A stretch of DNA of 64,000 nucleotides from Mobula hypostoma (lineage: Eukaryota), in contig NC_086097.1 of NCBI RefSeq assembly GCF_963921235.1, forward strand, positions 252,032,001 to 252,096,000. The letters are read 5' to 3'. The first letter of the stretch is position 1. Each line of letters starts with the position of its first letter. The translations under genes and the position numbers were made by a program. Positions 25,263-40,700 of this stretch are shown here, one piece after another. The notes under the pieces were generated by a model. It did no database searches and was not told where the DNA came from. It worked only from the letters and a program-made list of their open reading frames with translations.

Positions 25263-25539
25263 AGTTGAGCAAGTCAAGTCAAGTCACTTTATATTGTCAT
25301 TTCGACCATAACTGCTGGTACAGTACACAGTAGAAACAAGACAACATTTTTCAGGACCATGGTGCTACATGAACAATACAAGAACTACACTGAACTACGT
25401 CAAAAACAACACAAAACTACACTAGACTACAGACCTACCCAGGACTGCAAGCAGAATACCTGTCAGCTTAACCTTGTTGGTGGGGAAAGTTCAAGAAGCA
25501 GCAATAAAAATAGATTTGTTGATTAACTTCAGCTAAGAT

Positions 25540-25799
25540 TAGATTGATTAGAGAAATGGGCAAAGAAGTGGCAGGTGGAATACAGTGGTGGGAAGTGTAT
25601 CCTCATGAACTTTAGTAGGAAGAATAAATGTGTAGTCTTTTCTAAACAGGAAGCAAATTGAAAAATTAGAGGTGCAAAGGGATTTGGGAGACCTGGTGCA
25701 GGTTTTACTAAAGGTTACCTTGCAGGTTGAGTGGGTGGTAAGGAAGGGTCATGAGAATGAAAGAGTTCAGGTCTGAAGAGCGTTTGATGGCTATAAGCC
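25540..25799 (+). mobile_element. Old CR1 fragment, left part of the satellite's parent element
   Basis: gggcaaagaagtggcaggtggaatacag...gaagagcgtttgatggctataagcc runs directly into the first repeat unit (EERLMAISLYSLEF). Confidence 0.85.
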
Positions 25800-28700
25800 T
25801 GTACTCACTGGAATTTACAAGAATGGGGGGGGAACCTGTTCAATGTGTACTCACTGGAATTTACAAGAATGGGGGGGGAACCTGTTCAATGTGTACTCAC
25901 TGGAATTTACAAGAATGGGGGGGGAACCTGTTCAATGTGTACTCACTGGAATTTACAAGAATGGGGGGGGGAACCTGTTCAATGTGTACTCACTGGAATT
26001 TACAAGAATGGGGGGGGAACCTGTTCAATGTGTACTCACTGGAATTTACAAGAATGGGGGGGGGAACCTGTTCAATGTGTACTCACTGGAATTTACAAGA
26101 ATGGGGGGGGGAACCTGTTCAATGTGTACTCACTGGAATTTACAAGAATGGGGGGGGGAACCTGTTCAATGTGTACTCACTGGAATTTACAAGAATGGGG
26201 GGGGAACCTGTTCAATGTGTACTCACTGGAATTTACAAGAATGGGGGGGGGAACCTGTTCAATGTGTACTCACTGGAATTTACAAGAATGGGGGGGGGAA
26301 CCTGTTCAATGTGTACTCACTGGAATTTACAAGAATGGGGGGGGGAACCTGTTCAATGTGTACTCACTGGAATTTACAAGAATGGGGGGGGAACCTGTTC
26401 AATGTGTACTCACTGGAATTTACAAGAATGGGGGGGGAACCTGTTCAATGTGTACTCACTGGAATTTACAAGAATGGGGGGGGGAACCTGTTCAATGTGT
26501 ACTCACTGGAATTTACAAGAATGGGGGGGGGAACCTGTTCAATGTGTACTCACTGGAATTTACAAGAATGGGGGGGGGAACCTGTTCAATGTGTACTCAC
26601 TGGAATTTACAAGAATGGGGGGGGGAACCTGTTCAATGTGTACTCACTGGAATTTACAAGAATGGGGGGGGAACCTGTTCAATGTGTACTCACTGGAATT
26701 TACAAGAATGGGGGGGGGAACCTGTTCAATGTGTACTCACTGGAATTTACAAGAATGGGGGGGGGAACCTGTTCAATGTGTACTCACTGGAATTTACAAG
26801 AATGGGGGGGAACCTGTTCAATGTGTACTCACTGGAATTTACAAGAATGGGGGGGGAACCTGTTCAATGTGTACTCACTGGAATTTACAAGAATGGGGGG
26901 GGAACCTGTTCAATGTGTACTCACTGGAATTTACAAGAATGGGGGGGGAACCTGTTCAATGTGTACTCACTGGAATTTACAAGAATGGGGGGGGAACCTG
27001 TTCAATGTGTACTCACTGGAATTTACAAGAATGGGGGGGGAACCTGTTCAATGTGTACTCACTGGAATTTACAAGAATGGGGGGGGGAACCTGTTCAATG
27101 TGTACTCACTGGAATTTACAAGAATGGGGGGGGGAACCTGTTCAATGTGTACTCACTGGAATTTACAAGAATGGGGGGGGGAACCTGTTCAATGTGTACT
27201 CACTGGAATTTACAAGAATGGGGGGGGGAACCTGTTCAATGTGTACTCACTGGAATTTACAAGAATGGGGGGGGAACCTGTTCAATGTGTACTCACTGGA
27301 ATTTACAAGAATGGGGGGGGGAACCTGTTCAATGTGTACTCACTGGAATTTACAAGAATGGGGGGGGAACCTGTTCAATGTGTACTCACTGGAATTTACA
27401 AGAATGGGGGGGGAACCTGTTCAATGTGTACTCACTGGAATTTACAAGAATGGGGGGGGAACCTGTTCAATGTGTACTCACTGGAATTTACAAGAATGGG
27501 GGGGGGAACCTGTTCAATGTGTACTCACTGGAATTTACAAGAATGGGGGGGGAACCTGTTCAATGTGTACTCACTGGAATTTACAAGAATGGGGGGGGGA
27601 ACCTGTTCAATGTGTACTCACTGGAATTTACAAGAATGGGGGGGGGAACCTGTTCAATGTGTACTCACTGGAATTTACAAGAATGGGGGGGGAACCTGTT
27701 CAATGTGTACTCACTGGAATTTACAAGAATGGGGGGGGAACCTGTTCAATGTGTACTCACTGGAATTTACAAGAATGGGGGGGAACCTGTTCAATGTGTA
27801 CTCACTGGAATTTACAAGAATGGGGGGGGAACCTGTTCAATGTGTACTCACTGGAATTTACAAGAATGGGGGGGGAACCTGTTCAATGTGTACTCACTGG
27901 AATTTACAAGAATGGGGGGGAACCTGTTCAATGTGTACTCACTGGAATTTACAAGAATGGGGGGGGGAACCTGTTCAATGTGTACTCACTGGAATTTACA
28001 AGAATGGGGGGGGGAACCTGTTCAATGTGTACTCACTGGAATTTACAAGAATGGGGGGGGAACCTGTTCAATGTGTACTCACTGGAATTTACAAGAATGG
28101 GGGGGGAACCTGTTCAATGTGTACTCACTGGAATTTACAAGAATGGGGGGGGACCTGTTCAATGTGTACTCACTGGAATTTACAAGAATGGGGGGGAACC
28201 TGTTCAATGTGTACTCACTGGAATTTACAAGAATGGGGGGGGAACCTGTTCAATGTGTACTCACTGGAATTTACAAGAATGGGGGGGGAACCTTCAATGT
28301 GTACTCACTGGAATTTACAAGAATGGGGGGGGAACCTGTTCAATGTGTACTCACTGGAATTTACAAGAATGGGGGGGGAACCTGTTCAATGTGTACTCAC
28401 TGGAATTTACAAGAATGGGGGGGAACCTGTTCAATGTGTACTCACTGGAATTTACAAGAATGGGGGGGGAACCTGTTCAATGTGTACTCACTGGAATTTA
28501 CAAGAATGGGGGGGGAACCTGTTCAATGTGTACTCACTGGAATTTACAAGAATGGGGGGGGAACCTGTTCAATGTGTACTCACTGGAATTTACAAGAATG
28601 GGGGGGGAACCTGTTCAATGTGTACTCACTGGAATTTACAAGAATGGGGGGGGAACCTGTTCAATGTGTACTCACTGGAATTTACAAGAATGGGGGGGGG

Positions 28701-31700
28701 GAACCTGTTCAATGTGTACTCACTGGAATTTACAAGAATGGGGGGGGAACCTGTTCAATGTGTACTCACTGGAATTTACAAGAATGGGGGGGGAACCTGT
28801 TCAATGTGTACTCACTGGAATTTACAAGAATGGGGGGGGAACCTGTTCAATGTGTACTCACTGGAATTTACAAGAATGGGGGGGGAACCTGTTCAATGTG
28901 TACTCACTGGAATTTACAAGAATGGGGGGGGAACCTGTTCAATGTGTACTCACTGGAATTTACAAGAATGGGGGGGGAACCTGTTCAATGTGTACTCACT
29001 GGAATTTACAAGAATGGGGGGGGAACCTGTTCAATGTGTACTCACTGGAATTTACAAGAATGGGGGGGGAACCTGTTCAATGTGTACTCACTGGAATTTA
29101 CAAGAATGGGGGGGGAACCTGTTCAATGTGTACTCACTGGAATTTACAAGAATGGGGGGGGGAACCTGTTCAATGTGTACTCACTGGAATTTACAAGAAT
29201 GGGGGGGGAACCTGTTCAATGTGTACTCACTGGAATTTACAAGAATGGGGGGGGAACCTGTTCAATGTGTACTCACTGGAATTTACAAGAATGGGGGGGA
29301 ACCTGTTCAATGTGTACTCACTGGAATTTACAAGAATGGGGGGGGAACCTGTTCAATGTGTACTCACTGGAATTTACAAGAATGGGGGGGGAACCTGTTC
29401 AATGTGTACTCACTGGAATTTACAAGAATGGGGGGGGAACCTGTTCAATGTGTACTCACTGGAATTTACAAGAATGGGGGGGGGAACCTGTTCAATGTGT
29501 ACTCACTGGAATTTACAAGAATGGGGGGGGAACCTGTTCAATGTGTACTCACTGGAATTTACAAGAATGGGGGGGGAACCTGTTCAATGTGTACTCACTG
29601 GAATTTACAAGAATGGGGGGGGAACCTGTTCAATGTGTACTCACTGGAATTTACAAGAATGGGGGGGGAACCTGTTCAATGTGTACTCACTGGAATTTAC
29701 AAGAATGGGGGGGGAACCTGTTCAATGTGTACTCACTGGAATTTACAAGAATGGGGGGGGGAACCTGTTCAATGTGTACTCACTGGAATTTACAAGAATG
29801 GGGGGGGAACCTGTTCAATGTGTACTCACTGGAATTTACAAGAATGGGGGGGGAACCTGTTCAATGTGTACTCACTGGAATTTACAAGAATGGGGGGGGA
29901 ACCTGTTCAATGTGTACTCACTGGAATTTACAAGAATGGGGGGGGAACCTGTTCAATGTGTACTCACTGGAATTTACAAGAATGGGGGGGGAACCTGTTC
30001 AATGTGTACTCACTGGAATTTACAAGAATGGGGGGGGAACCTGTTCAATGTGTACTCACTGGAATTTACAAGAATGGGGGGGGAACCTGTTCAATGTGTA
30101 CTCACTGGAATTTACAAGAATGGGGGGGGAACCTGTTCAATGTGTACTCACTGGAATTTACAAGAATGGGGGGGGAACCTGTTCAATGTGTACTCACTGG
30201 AATTTACAAGAATGGGGGGGGAACCTGTTCAATGTGTACTCACTGGAATTTACAAGAATGGGGGGGGAACCTGTTCAATGTGTACTCACTGGAATTTACA
30301 AGAATGGGGGGGGAACCTGTTCAATGTGTACTCACTGGAATTTACAAGAATGGGGGGGGGAACCTGTTCAATGTGTACTCACTGGAATTTACAAGAATGG
30401 GGGGGGAACCTGTTCAATGTGTACTCACTGGAATTTACAAGAATGGGGGGGGAACCTGTTCAATGTGTACTCACTGGAATTTACAAGAATGGGGGGGGAA
30501 CCTGTTCAATGTGTACTCACTGGAATTTACAAGAATGGGGGGGGAACCTGTTCAATGTGTACTCACTGGAATTTACAAGAATGGGGGGGGAACCTGTTCA
30601 ATGTGTACTCACTGGAATTTACAAGAATGGGGGGGGAACCTGTTCAATGTGTACTCACTGGAATTTACAAGAATGGGGGGGGGAACCTGTTCAATGTGTA
30701 CTCACTGGAATTTACAAGAATGGGGGGGGAACCTGTTCAATGTGTACTCACTGGAATTTACAAGAATGGGGGGGGAACCTGTTCAATGTGTACTCACTGG
30801 AATTTACAAGAATGGGGGGGGAACCTGTTCAATGTGTACTCACTGGAATTTACAAGAATGGGGGGGGAACCTGTTCAATGTGTACTCACTGGAATTTACA
30901 AGAATGGGGGGGGAACCTGTTCAATGTGTACTCACTGGAATTTACAAGAATGGGGGGGGAACCTGTTCAATGTGTACTCACTGGAATTTACAAGAATGGG
31001 GGGGGAACCTGTTCAATGTGTACTCACTGGAATTTACAAGAATGGGGGGGGAACCTGTTCAATGTGTACTCACTGGAATTTACAAGAATGGGGGGGGAAC
31101 CTGTTCAATGTGTACTCACTGGAATTTACAAGAATGGGGGGGGAACCTGTTCAATGTGTACTCACTGGAATTTACAAGAATGGGGGGGGGAACCTGTTCA
31201 ATGTGTACTCACTGGAATTTACAAGAATGGGGGGGGAACCTGTTCAATGTGTACTCACTGGAATTTACAAGAATGGGGGGGGGGAACCTGTTCAATGTGT
31301 ACTCACTGGAATTTACAAGAATGGATTTAAGAATGGGGGGGGAACCTGTTCAATGTGTACTCACTGGAATTTACAAGAATGGGGGGGAACCTGTTCAATG
31401 TGTACTCACTGGAATTTACAAGAATGGGGGGGGAACCTGTTCAATGTGTACTCACTGGAATTTACAAGAATGGGGGGGGAACCTGTTCAATGTGTACTCA
31501 CTGGAATTTACAAGAATGGGGGGGGAACCTGTTCAATGTGTACTCACTGGAATTTACAAGAATGGGGGGGGAACCTGTTCAATGTGTACTCACTGGAATT
31601 TACAAGAATGGGGGGGGAACCTGTTCAATGTGTACTCACTGGAATTTACAAGAATGGGGGGGGGAACCTGTTCAATGTGTACTCACTGGAATTTACAAGA

Positions 31701-34700
31701 ATGGGGGGGGGGAACCTGTTCAATGTGTACTCACTGGAATTTACAAGAATGGGGGGGGAACCTGTTCAATGTGTACTCACTGGAATTTACAAGAATGGGG
31801 GGGGAACCTGTTCAATGTGTACTCACTGGAATTTACAAGAATGGGGGGGGAACCTGTTCAATGTGTACTCACTGGAATTTACAAGAATGGGGGGGGAACC
31901 TGTTCAATGTGTACTCACTGGAATTTACAAGAATGGGGGGGGGAACCTGTTCAATGTGTACTCACTGGAATTTACAAGAATGGGGGGGGAACCTGTTCAA
32001 TGTGTACTCACTGGAATTTACAAGAATGGGGGGGGAACCTGTTCAATGTGTACTCACTGGAATTTACAAGAATGGGGGGGGAACCTGTTCAATGTGTACT
32101 CACTGGAATTTACAAGAATGGGGGGGGAACCTGTTCAATGTGTACTCACTGGAATTTACAAGAATGGGGGGGGAACCTGTTCAATGTGTACTCACTGGAA
32201 TTTACAAGAATGGGGGGGGAACCTGTTCAATGTGTACTCACTGGAATTTACAAGAATGGGGGGGAACCTGTTCAATGTGTACTCACTGGAATTTACAAGA
32301 ATGGGGGGGGAACCTGTTCAATGTGTACTCACTGGAATTTACAAGAATGGGGGGGGGAACCTGTTCAATGTGTACTCACTGGAATTTACAAGAATGGGGG
32401 GGGAACCTGTTCAATGTGTACTCACTGGAATTTACAAGAATGGGGGGGGAACCTGTTCAATGTGTACTCACTGGAATTTACAAGAATGGGGGGGGAACCT
32501 GTTCAATGTGTACTCACTGGAATTTACAAGAATGGGGGGGGGAACCTGTTCAATGTGTACTCACTGGAATTTACAAGAATGGGGGGGGAACCTGTTCAAT
32601 GTGTACTCACTGGAATTTACAAGAATGGGGGGGGAACCTGTTCAATGTGTACTCACTGGAATTTACAAGAATGGGGGGGGAACCTGTTCAATGTGTACTC
32701 ACTGGAATTTACAAGAATGGGGGGGGAACCTGTTCAATGTGTACTCACTGGAATTTACAAGAATGGGGGGGGGAACCTGTTCAATGTGTACTCACTGGAA
32801 TTTACAAGAATGGGGGGGGAACCTGTTCAATGTGTACTCACTGGAATTTACAAGAATGGGGGGGGAACCTGTTCAATGTGTACTCACTGGAATTTACAAG
32901 AATGGGGGGGGGAACCTGTTCAATGTGTACTCACTGGAATTTACAAGAATGGGGGGGGGAACCTGTTCAATGTGTACTCACTGGAATTTACAAGAATGGG
33001 GGGGGAACCTGTTCAATGTGTACTCACTGGAATTTACAAGAATGGGGGGGGAACCTGTTCAATGTGTACTCACTGGAATTTACAAGAATGGGGGGGGAAC
33101 CTGTTCAATGTGTACTCACTGGAATTTACAAGAATGGGGGGGGAACCTGTTCAATGTGTACTCACTGGAATTTACAAGAATGGGGGGGGAACCTGTTCAA
33201 TGTGTACTCACTGGAATTTACAAGAATGTTCAATGTGTACTCACTGGGAATGGGGGGGAACCTGTTCAATGTGTACTCACTGGAATTTCACCTGTTCAAT
33301 GTGGAATGGGGGGGAACCTGTTCAATGTGTACTCACTGGAATTTACAAGGGGGGGGGAACCTGTTCAATGTGTACTCACTGGAATTTACAAGAATGGGGG
33401 GGGAACCTGTTCAATGTGTACTCACTGGAATTTACAAGAATGGGGGGGGTTCAATGTGTACTCACTGGAATTTACAAGAATGGGGGGGGAACCTGTTCAA
33501 TGTGTACTCACTGGAATTTACAAGAATGGGGGGGGAACCTGTTCAATGTGTACTCACTGGAATTTACAAGAATGGGGGGGGAACCTGTTCAATGTGTTCA
33601 ATGTGTACTCACTGGAATTTACAAGAATGGGGGGGGAACCTGTTCAATGTGTACTCACTGGAATTTACAAGAATGGGGGGGGGAACCTGTTCAATGTGTA
33701 CTCACTGGAATTTACAAGAATGGGGGGGGAACCTGTTCAATGTGTACTCACTGGAATTTACAAGAATGGGGGGGGAACCTGTTCAATGTGTACTCACTGG
33801 AATTTACAAGAATGGGGGGGGAACCTGTTCAATGTGTACTCACTGGAATTTACAAGAATGGGGGGGGAACCTGTTCAATGTGTACTCACTGGAATTTACA
33901 AGAATGGGGGGGGAACCTGTTCAATGTGTACTCACTGGAATTTACAAGAATGGGGGGGGAACCTGTTCAATGTGTACTCACTGGAATTTACAAGAATGGG
34001 GGGGGAACCTGTTCAATGTGTACTCACTGGAATTTACAAGAATGGGGGGGGAACCTGTTCAATGTGTACTCACTGGAATTTACAAGAATGGGGGGGGAAC
34101 CTGTTCAATGTGTACTCACTGGAATTTACAAGAATGGGGGGGGGAACCTGTTCAATGTGTACTCACTGGAATTTACAAGAATGGGGGGGGAACCTGTTCA
34201 ATGTGTACTCACTGGAATTTACAAGAATGGGGGGGGGAACCTGTTCAATGTGTACTCACTGGAATTTACAAGAATGGGGGGGGAACCTGTTCAATGTGTA
34301 CTCACTGGAATTTACAAGAATGGGGGGGGAACCTGTTCAATGTGTACTCACTGGAATTTACAAGAATGGGGGGGGGAACCTGTTCAATGTGTACTCACTG
34401 GAATTTACAAGAATGGGGGGGGAACCTGTTCAATGTGTACTCACTGGAATTTACAAGAATGGGGGGGGAACCTGTTCAATGTGTACTCACTGGAATTTAC
34501 AAGAATGGGGGGGGGAACCTGTTCAATGTGTACTCACTGGAATTTACAAGAATGGGGGGGGAACCTGTTCAATGTGTACTCACTGGAATTTACAAGAATG
34601 GGGGGGGAACCTGTTCAATGTGTACTCACTGGAATTTACAAGAATGGGGGGGGAACCTGTTCAATGTGTACTCACTGGAATTTACAAGAATGGGGGGGGG

Positions 34701-37700
34701 AACCTGTTCAATGTGTACTCACTGGAATTTACAAGAATGGGGGGGGAACCTGTTCAATGTGTACTCACTGGAATTTACAAGAATGGGGGGGGGAACCTGT
34801 TCAATGTGTACTCACTGGAATTTACAAGAATGGGGGGGGAACCTGTTCAATGTGTACTCACTGGAATTTACAAGAATGGGGGGGGAACCTGTTCAATGTG
34901 TACTCACTGGAATTTACAAGAATGGGGGGGGGAACCTGTTCAATGTGTACTCACTGGAATTTACAAGAATGGGGGGGGAACCTGTTCAATGTGTACTCAC
35001 TGGAATTTACAAGAATGGGGGGGGGAACCTGTTCAATGTGTACTCACTGGAATTTACAAGAATGGGGGGGGAACCTGTTCAATGTGTACTCACTGGAATT
35101 TACAAGAATGGGGGGGGAACCTGTTCAATGTGTACTCACTGGAATTTACAAGAATGGGGGGGGAACCTGTTCAATGTGTACTCACTGGAATTTACAAGAA
35201 TGGGGGGGGAACCTGTTCAATGTGTACTCACTGGAATTTACAAGAATGGGGGGGGAACCTGTTCAATGTGTACTCACTGGAATTTACAAGAATGGGGGGG
35301 GAACCTGTTCAATGTGTACTCACTGGAATTTACAAGAATGGGGGGGACCTGTTCAATGTGTACTCACTGGAATTTACAAGAATGGGGGGGAACCTGTTCA
35401 ATGTGTACTCACTGGAATTTACAAGAATGGGGGGGGAACCTGTTCAATGTGTACTCACTGGAATTTACAAGAATGGGGGGGGAACCTGTTCAATGTGTAC
35501 TCACTGGAATTTACAAGAATGGGGGGGGGAACCTGTTCAATGTGTACTCACTGGAATTTACAAGAATGGGGGGGGAACCTGTTCAATGTGTACTCACTGG
35601 AATTTACAAGAATGGGGGGGGAACCTGTTCAATGTGTACTCACTGGAATTTACAAGAATGGGGGGGGAACCTGTTCAATGTGTACTCACTGGAATTTACA
35701 AGAATGGGGGGGGAACCTGTTCAATGTGTACTCACTGGAATTTACAAGAATGGGGGGGGAACCTGTTCAATGTGTACTCACTGGAATTTACAAGAATGGG
35801 GGGGGAAGGGGGTTCAATGTGTACTCACTGGAATTTACAAGAATGGGGGGGAACCTGTTCAATGTGTACTCACTGGAATTTACAAGAATGGGGGGGAACC
35901 TGTTCAATGTGTACTCACTGGAATTTACAAGAATGGGGGGGGAACCTGTTCAATGTGTACTCACTGGAATTTACAAGAATGGGGGGGGGAACCTGTTCAA
36001 TGTGTACTCACTGGAATTTACAAGAATGGGGGGGGAACCTGTTCAATGTGTACTCACTGGAATTTACAAGAATGGGGGGGGAACCTGTTCAATGTGTACT
36101 CACTGGAATTTACAAGAATGGGGGGGGAACCTGTTCAATGTGTACTCACTGGAATTTACAAGAATGGGGGGGGAACCTGTTCAATGTGTACTCACTGGAA
36201 TTTACAAGAATGGGGGGGGAACCTGTTCAATGTGTACTCACTGGAATTTACAAGAATGGGGGGGGAACCTGTTCAATGTGTACTCACTGGAATTTACAAG
36301 AATGGGGGGGGGAACCTGTTCAATGTGTACTCACTGGAATTTACAAGAATGGGGGGGGAACCTGTTCAATGTGTACTCACTGGAATTTACAAGAATGGGG
36401 GGGGGAACCTGTTCAATGTGTACTCACTGGAATTTACAAGAATGGGGGGGGAACCTGTTCAATGTGTACTCACTGGAATTTACAAGAATGGGGGGGGAAC
36501 CTGTTCAATGTGTACTCACTGGAATTTACAAGAATGGGGGGGGGAACCTGTTCAATGTGTACTCACTGGAATTTACAAGAATGGGGGGGGAACCTGTTCA
36601 ATGTGTACTCACTGGAATTTACAAGAATGGGGGGGGGAACCTGTTCAATGTGTACTCACTGGAATTTACAAGAATGGGGGGGGAACCTGTTCAATGTGTA
36701 CTCACTGGAATTTACAAGAATGGGGGGGAACCTGTTCAATGTGTACTCACTGGAATTTACAAGAATGGGGGGGGGAACCTGTTCAATGTGTACTCACTGG
36801 AATTTACAAGAATGGGGGGGGGAACCTGTTCAATGTGTACTCACTGGAATTTACAAGAATGGGGGGGGAACCTGTTCAATGTGTACTCACTGGAATTTAC
36901 AAGAATGGGGGGGGAACCTGTTCAATGTGTACTCACTGGAATTTACAAGAATGGGGGGGGAACCTGTTCAATGTGTACTCACTGGAATTTACAAGAATGG
37001 GGGGGGGAACCTGTTCAATGTGTACTCACTGGAATTTACAAGAATGGGGGGGGAACCTGTTCAATGTGTACTCACTGGAATTTACAAGAATGGGGGGGGA
37101 ACCTGTTCAATGTGTACTCACTGGAATTTACAAGAATGGGGGGGGAACCTGTTCAATGTGTACTCACTGGAATTTACAAGAATGGGGGGGGGAACCTGTT
37201 CAATGTGTACTCACTGGAATTTACAAGAATGGGGGGGGGAACCTGTTCAATGTGTACTCACTGGAATTTACAAGAATGGGGGGGGGAACCTGTTCAATGT
37301 GTACTCACTGGAATTTACAAGAATGGGGGGGGAACCTGTTCAATGTGTACTCACTGGAATTTACAAGAATGGGGGGGAACCTGTTCAATGTGTACTCACT
37401 GGAATTTACAAGAATGGGGGGGGGAACCTGTTCAATGTGTACTCACTGGAATTTACAAGAATGGGGGGGGGAACCTGTTCAATGTGTACTCACTGGAATT
37501 TACAAGAATGGGGGGGGAACCTGTTCAATGTGTACTCACTGGAATTTACAAGAATGGGGGGGGGAACCTGTTCAATGTGTACTCACTGGAATTTACAAGA
37601 ATGGGGGGGGAACCTGTTCAATGTGTACTCACTGGAATTTACAAGAATGGGGGGGGAACCTGTTCAATGTGTACTCACTGGAATTTACAAGAATGGGGGG

Positions 37701-40700
37701 GGGAACCTGTTCAATGTGTACTCACTGGAATTTACAAGAATGGGGGGGGAACCTGTTCAATGTGTACTCACTGGAATTTACAAGAATGGGGGGGGAACCT
37801 GTTCAATGTGTACTCACTGGAATTTACAAGAATGGGGGGGGAACCTGTTCAATGTGTACTCACTGGAATTTACAAGAATGGGGGGGGAACCTGTTCAATG
37901 TGTACTCACTGGAATTTACAAGAATGGGGGGGGAACCTGTTCAATGTGTACTCACTGGAATTTACAAGGGGGGGGGAACCTGTTCAATGTGTACTCACTG
38001 GAATTTACAAGAATGGGGGGGGAACCTGTTCAATGTGTACTCACTGGAATTTACAAGAATGGGGGGGGGAACCTGTTCAATGTGTACTCACTGGAATTTA
38101 CAAGAATGGGGGGGGAACCTGTTCAATGTGTACTCACTGGAATTTACAAGAATGGGGGGGGAACCTGTTCAATGTGTACTCACTGGAATTTACAAGAATG
38201 GGGGGGGAACCTGTTCAATGTGTACTCACTGGAATTTACAAGAATGGGGGGGGAACCTGTTCAATGTGTACTCACTGGAATTTACAAGAATGGGGGGGGG
38301 AACCTGTTCAATGTGTACTCACTGGAATTTACAAGAATGGGGGGGGAACCTGTTCAATGTGTACTCACTGGAATTTACAAGAATGGGGGGGGAACCTGTT
38401 CAATGTGTACTCACTGGAATTTACAAGAATGGGGGGGGGAACCTGTTCAATGTGTACTCACTGGAATTTACAAGAATGGGGGGGGGAACCTGTTCAATGT
38501 GTACTCACTGGAATTTACAAGAATGGGGGGGGGAACCTGTTCAATGTGTACTCACTGGAATTTACAAGAATGGGGGGGGGAACCTGTTCAATGTGTACTC
38601 ACTGGAATTTACAAGAATGGGGGGGGAACCTGTTCAATGTGTACTCACTGGAATTTACAAGAATGGGGGGGGGGGAACCTGTTCAATGTGTACTCACTGG
38701 AATTTACAAGAATGGGGGGGGGAACCTGTTCAATGTGTACTCACTGGAATTTACAAGAATGGGGGGGGAACCTGTTCAATGTGTACTCACTGGAATTTAC
38801 AAGAATGGGGGGGGAACCTGTTCAATGTGTACTCACTGGAATTTACAAGAATGGGGGGGGAACCTGTTCAATGTGTACTCACTGGAATTTACAAGAATGG
38901 GGGGGGAACCTGTTCAATGTGTACTCACTGGAATTTACAAGAATGGGGGGGGAACCTGTTCAATGTGTACTCACTGGAATTTACAAGAATGGGGGGGGAA
39001 CCTGTTCAATGTGTACTCACTGGAATTTACAAGAATGGGGGGGGGAACCTGTTCAATGTGTACTCACTGGAATTTACAAGAATGGGGGGGGAACCTGTTC
39101 AATGTGTACTCACTGGAATTTACAAGAATGGGGGGGGAACCTGTTCAATGTGTACTCACTGGAATTTACAAGAATGGGGGGGGAACCTGTTCAATGTGTA
39201 CTCACTGGAATTTACAAGAATGGGGGGGGAACCTGTTCAATGTGTACTCACTGGAATTTACAAGAATGGGGGGGGAACCTGTTCAATGTGTACTCACTGG
39301 AATTTACAAGAATGGGGGGGGGAACCTGTTCAATGTGTACTCACTGGAATTTACAAGAATGGGGGGGGAACCTGTTCAATGTGTACTCACTGGAATTTAC
39401 AAGAATGGGGGGGGGAACCTGTTCAATGTGTACTCACTGGAATTTACAAGAATGGGGGGGGAACCTGTTCAATGTGTACTCACTGGAATTTACAAGAATG
39501 GGGGGGGAACCTGTTCAATGTGTACTCACTGGAATTTACAAGAATGGGGGGGGGAACCTGTTCAATGTGTACTCACTGGAATTTACAAGAATGGGGGGGG
39601 AACCTGTTCAATGTGTACTCACTGGAATTTACAAGAATGGGGGGGGAACCTGTTCAATGTGTACTCACTGGAATTTACAAGAATGGGGGGGAACCTGTTC
39701 AATGTGTACTCACTGGAATTTACAAGAATGGGGGGGGAACCTGTTCAATGTGTACTCACTGGAATTTACAAGAATGGGGGGGGAACCTGTTCAATGTGTA
39801 CTCACTGGAATTTACAAGAATGGGGGGGGAACCTGTTCAATGTGTACTCACTGGAATTTACAAGAATGGGGGGGGAACCTGTTCAATGTGTACTCACTGG
39901 AATTTACAAGAATGGGGGGGGAACCTGTTCAATGTGTACTCACTGGAATTTACAAGAATGGGGGGGGAACCTGTTCAATGTGTACTCACTGGAATTTACA
40001 AGAATGGGGGGGGAACCTGTTCAATGTGTACTCACTGGAATTTACAAGAATGGGGGGGGAACCTGTTCAATGTGTACTCACTGGAATTTACAAGAATGGG
40101 GGGGGGAACCTGTTCAATGTGTACTCACTGGAATTTACAAGAATGGGGGGGGAACCTGTTCAATGTGTACTCACTGGAATTTACAAGAATGGGGGGGGAA
40201 CCTGTTCAATGTGTACTCACTGGAATTTACAAGAATGGGGGGGGAACCTGTTCAATGTGTACTCACTGGAATTTACAAGAATGGGGGGGGGAACCTGTTC
40301 AATGTGTACTCACTGGAATTTACAAGAATGGGGGGGGAACCTGTTCAATGTGTACTCACTGGAATTTACAAGAATGGGGGGGGAACCTGTTCAATGTGTA
40401 CTCACTGGAATTTACAAGAATGGGGGGGGAACCTGTTCAATGTGTACTCACTGGAATTTACAAGAATGGGGGGGGGAACCTGTTCAATGTGTACTCACTG
40501 GAATTTACAAGAATGGGGGGGGAACCTGTTCAATGTGTACTCACTGGAATTTACAAGAATGGGGGGGGAACCTGTTCAATGTGTACTCACTGGAATTTAC
40601 AAGAATGGGGGGGGGAACCTGTTCAATGTGTACTCACTGGAATTTACAAGAATGGGGGGGGGAACCTGTTCAATGTGTACTCACTGGAATTTACAAGAAT

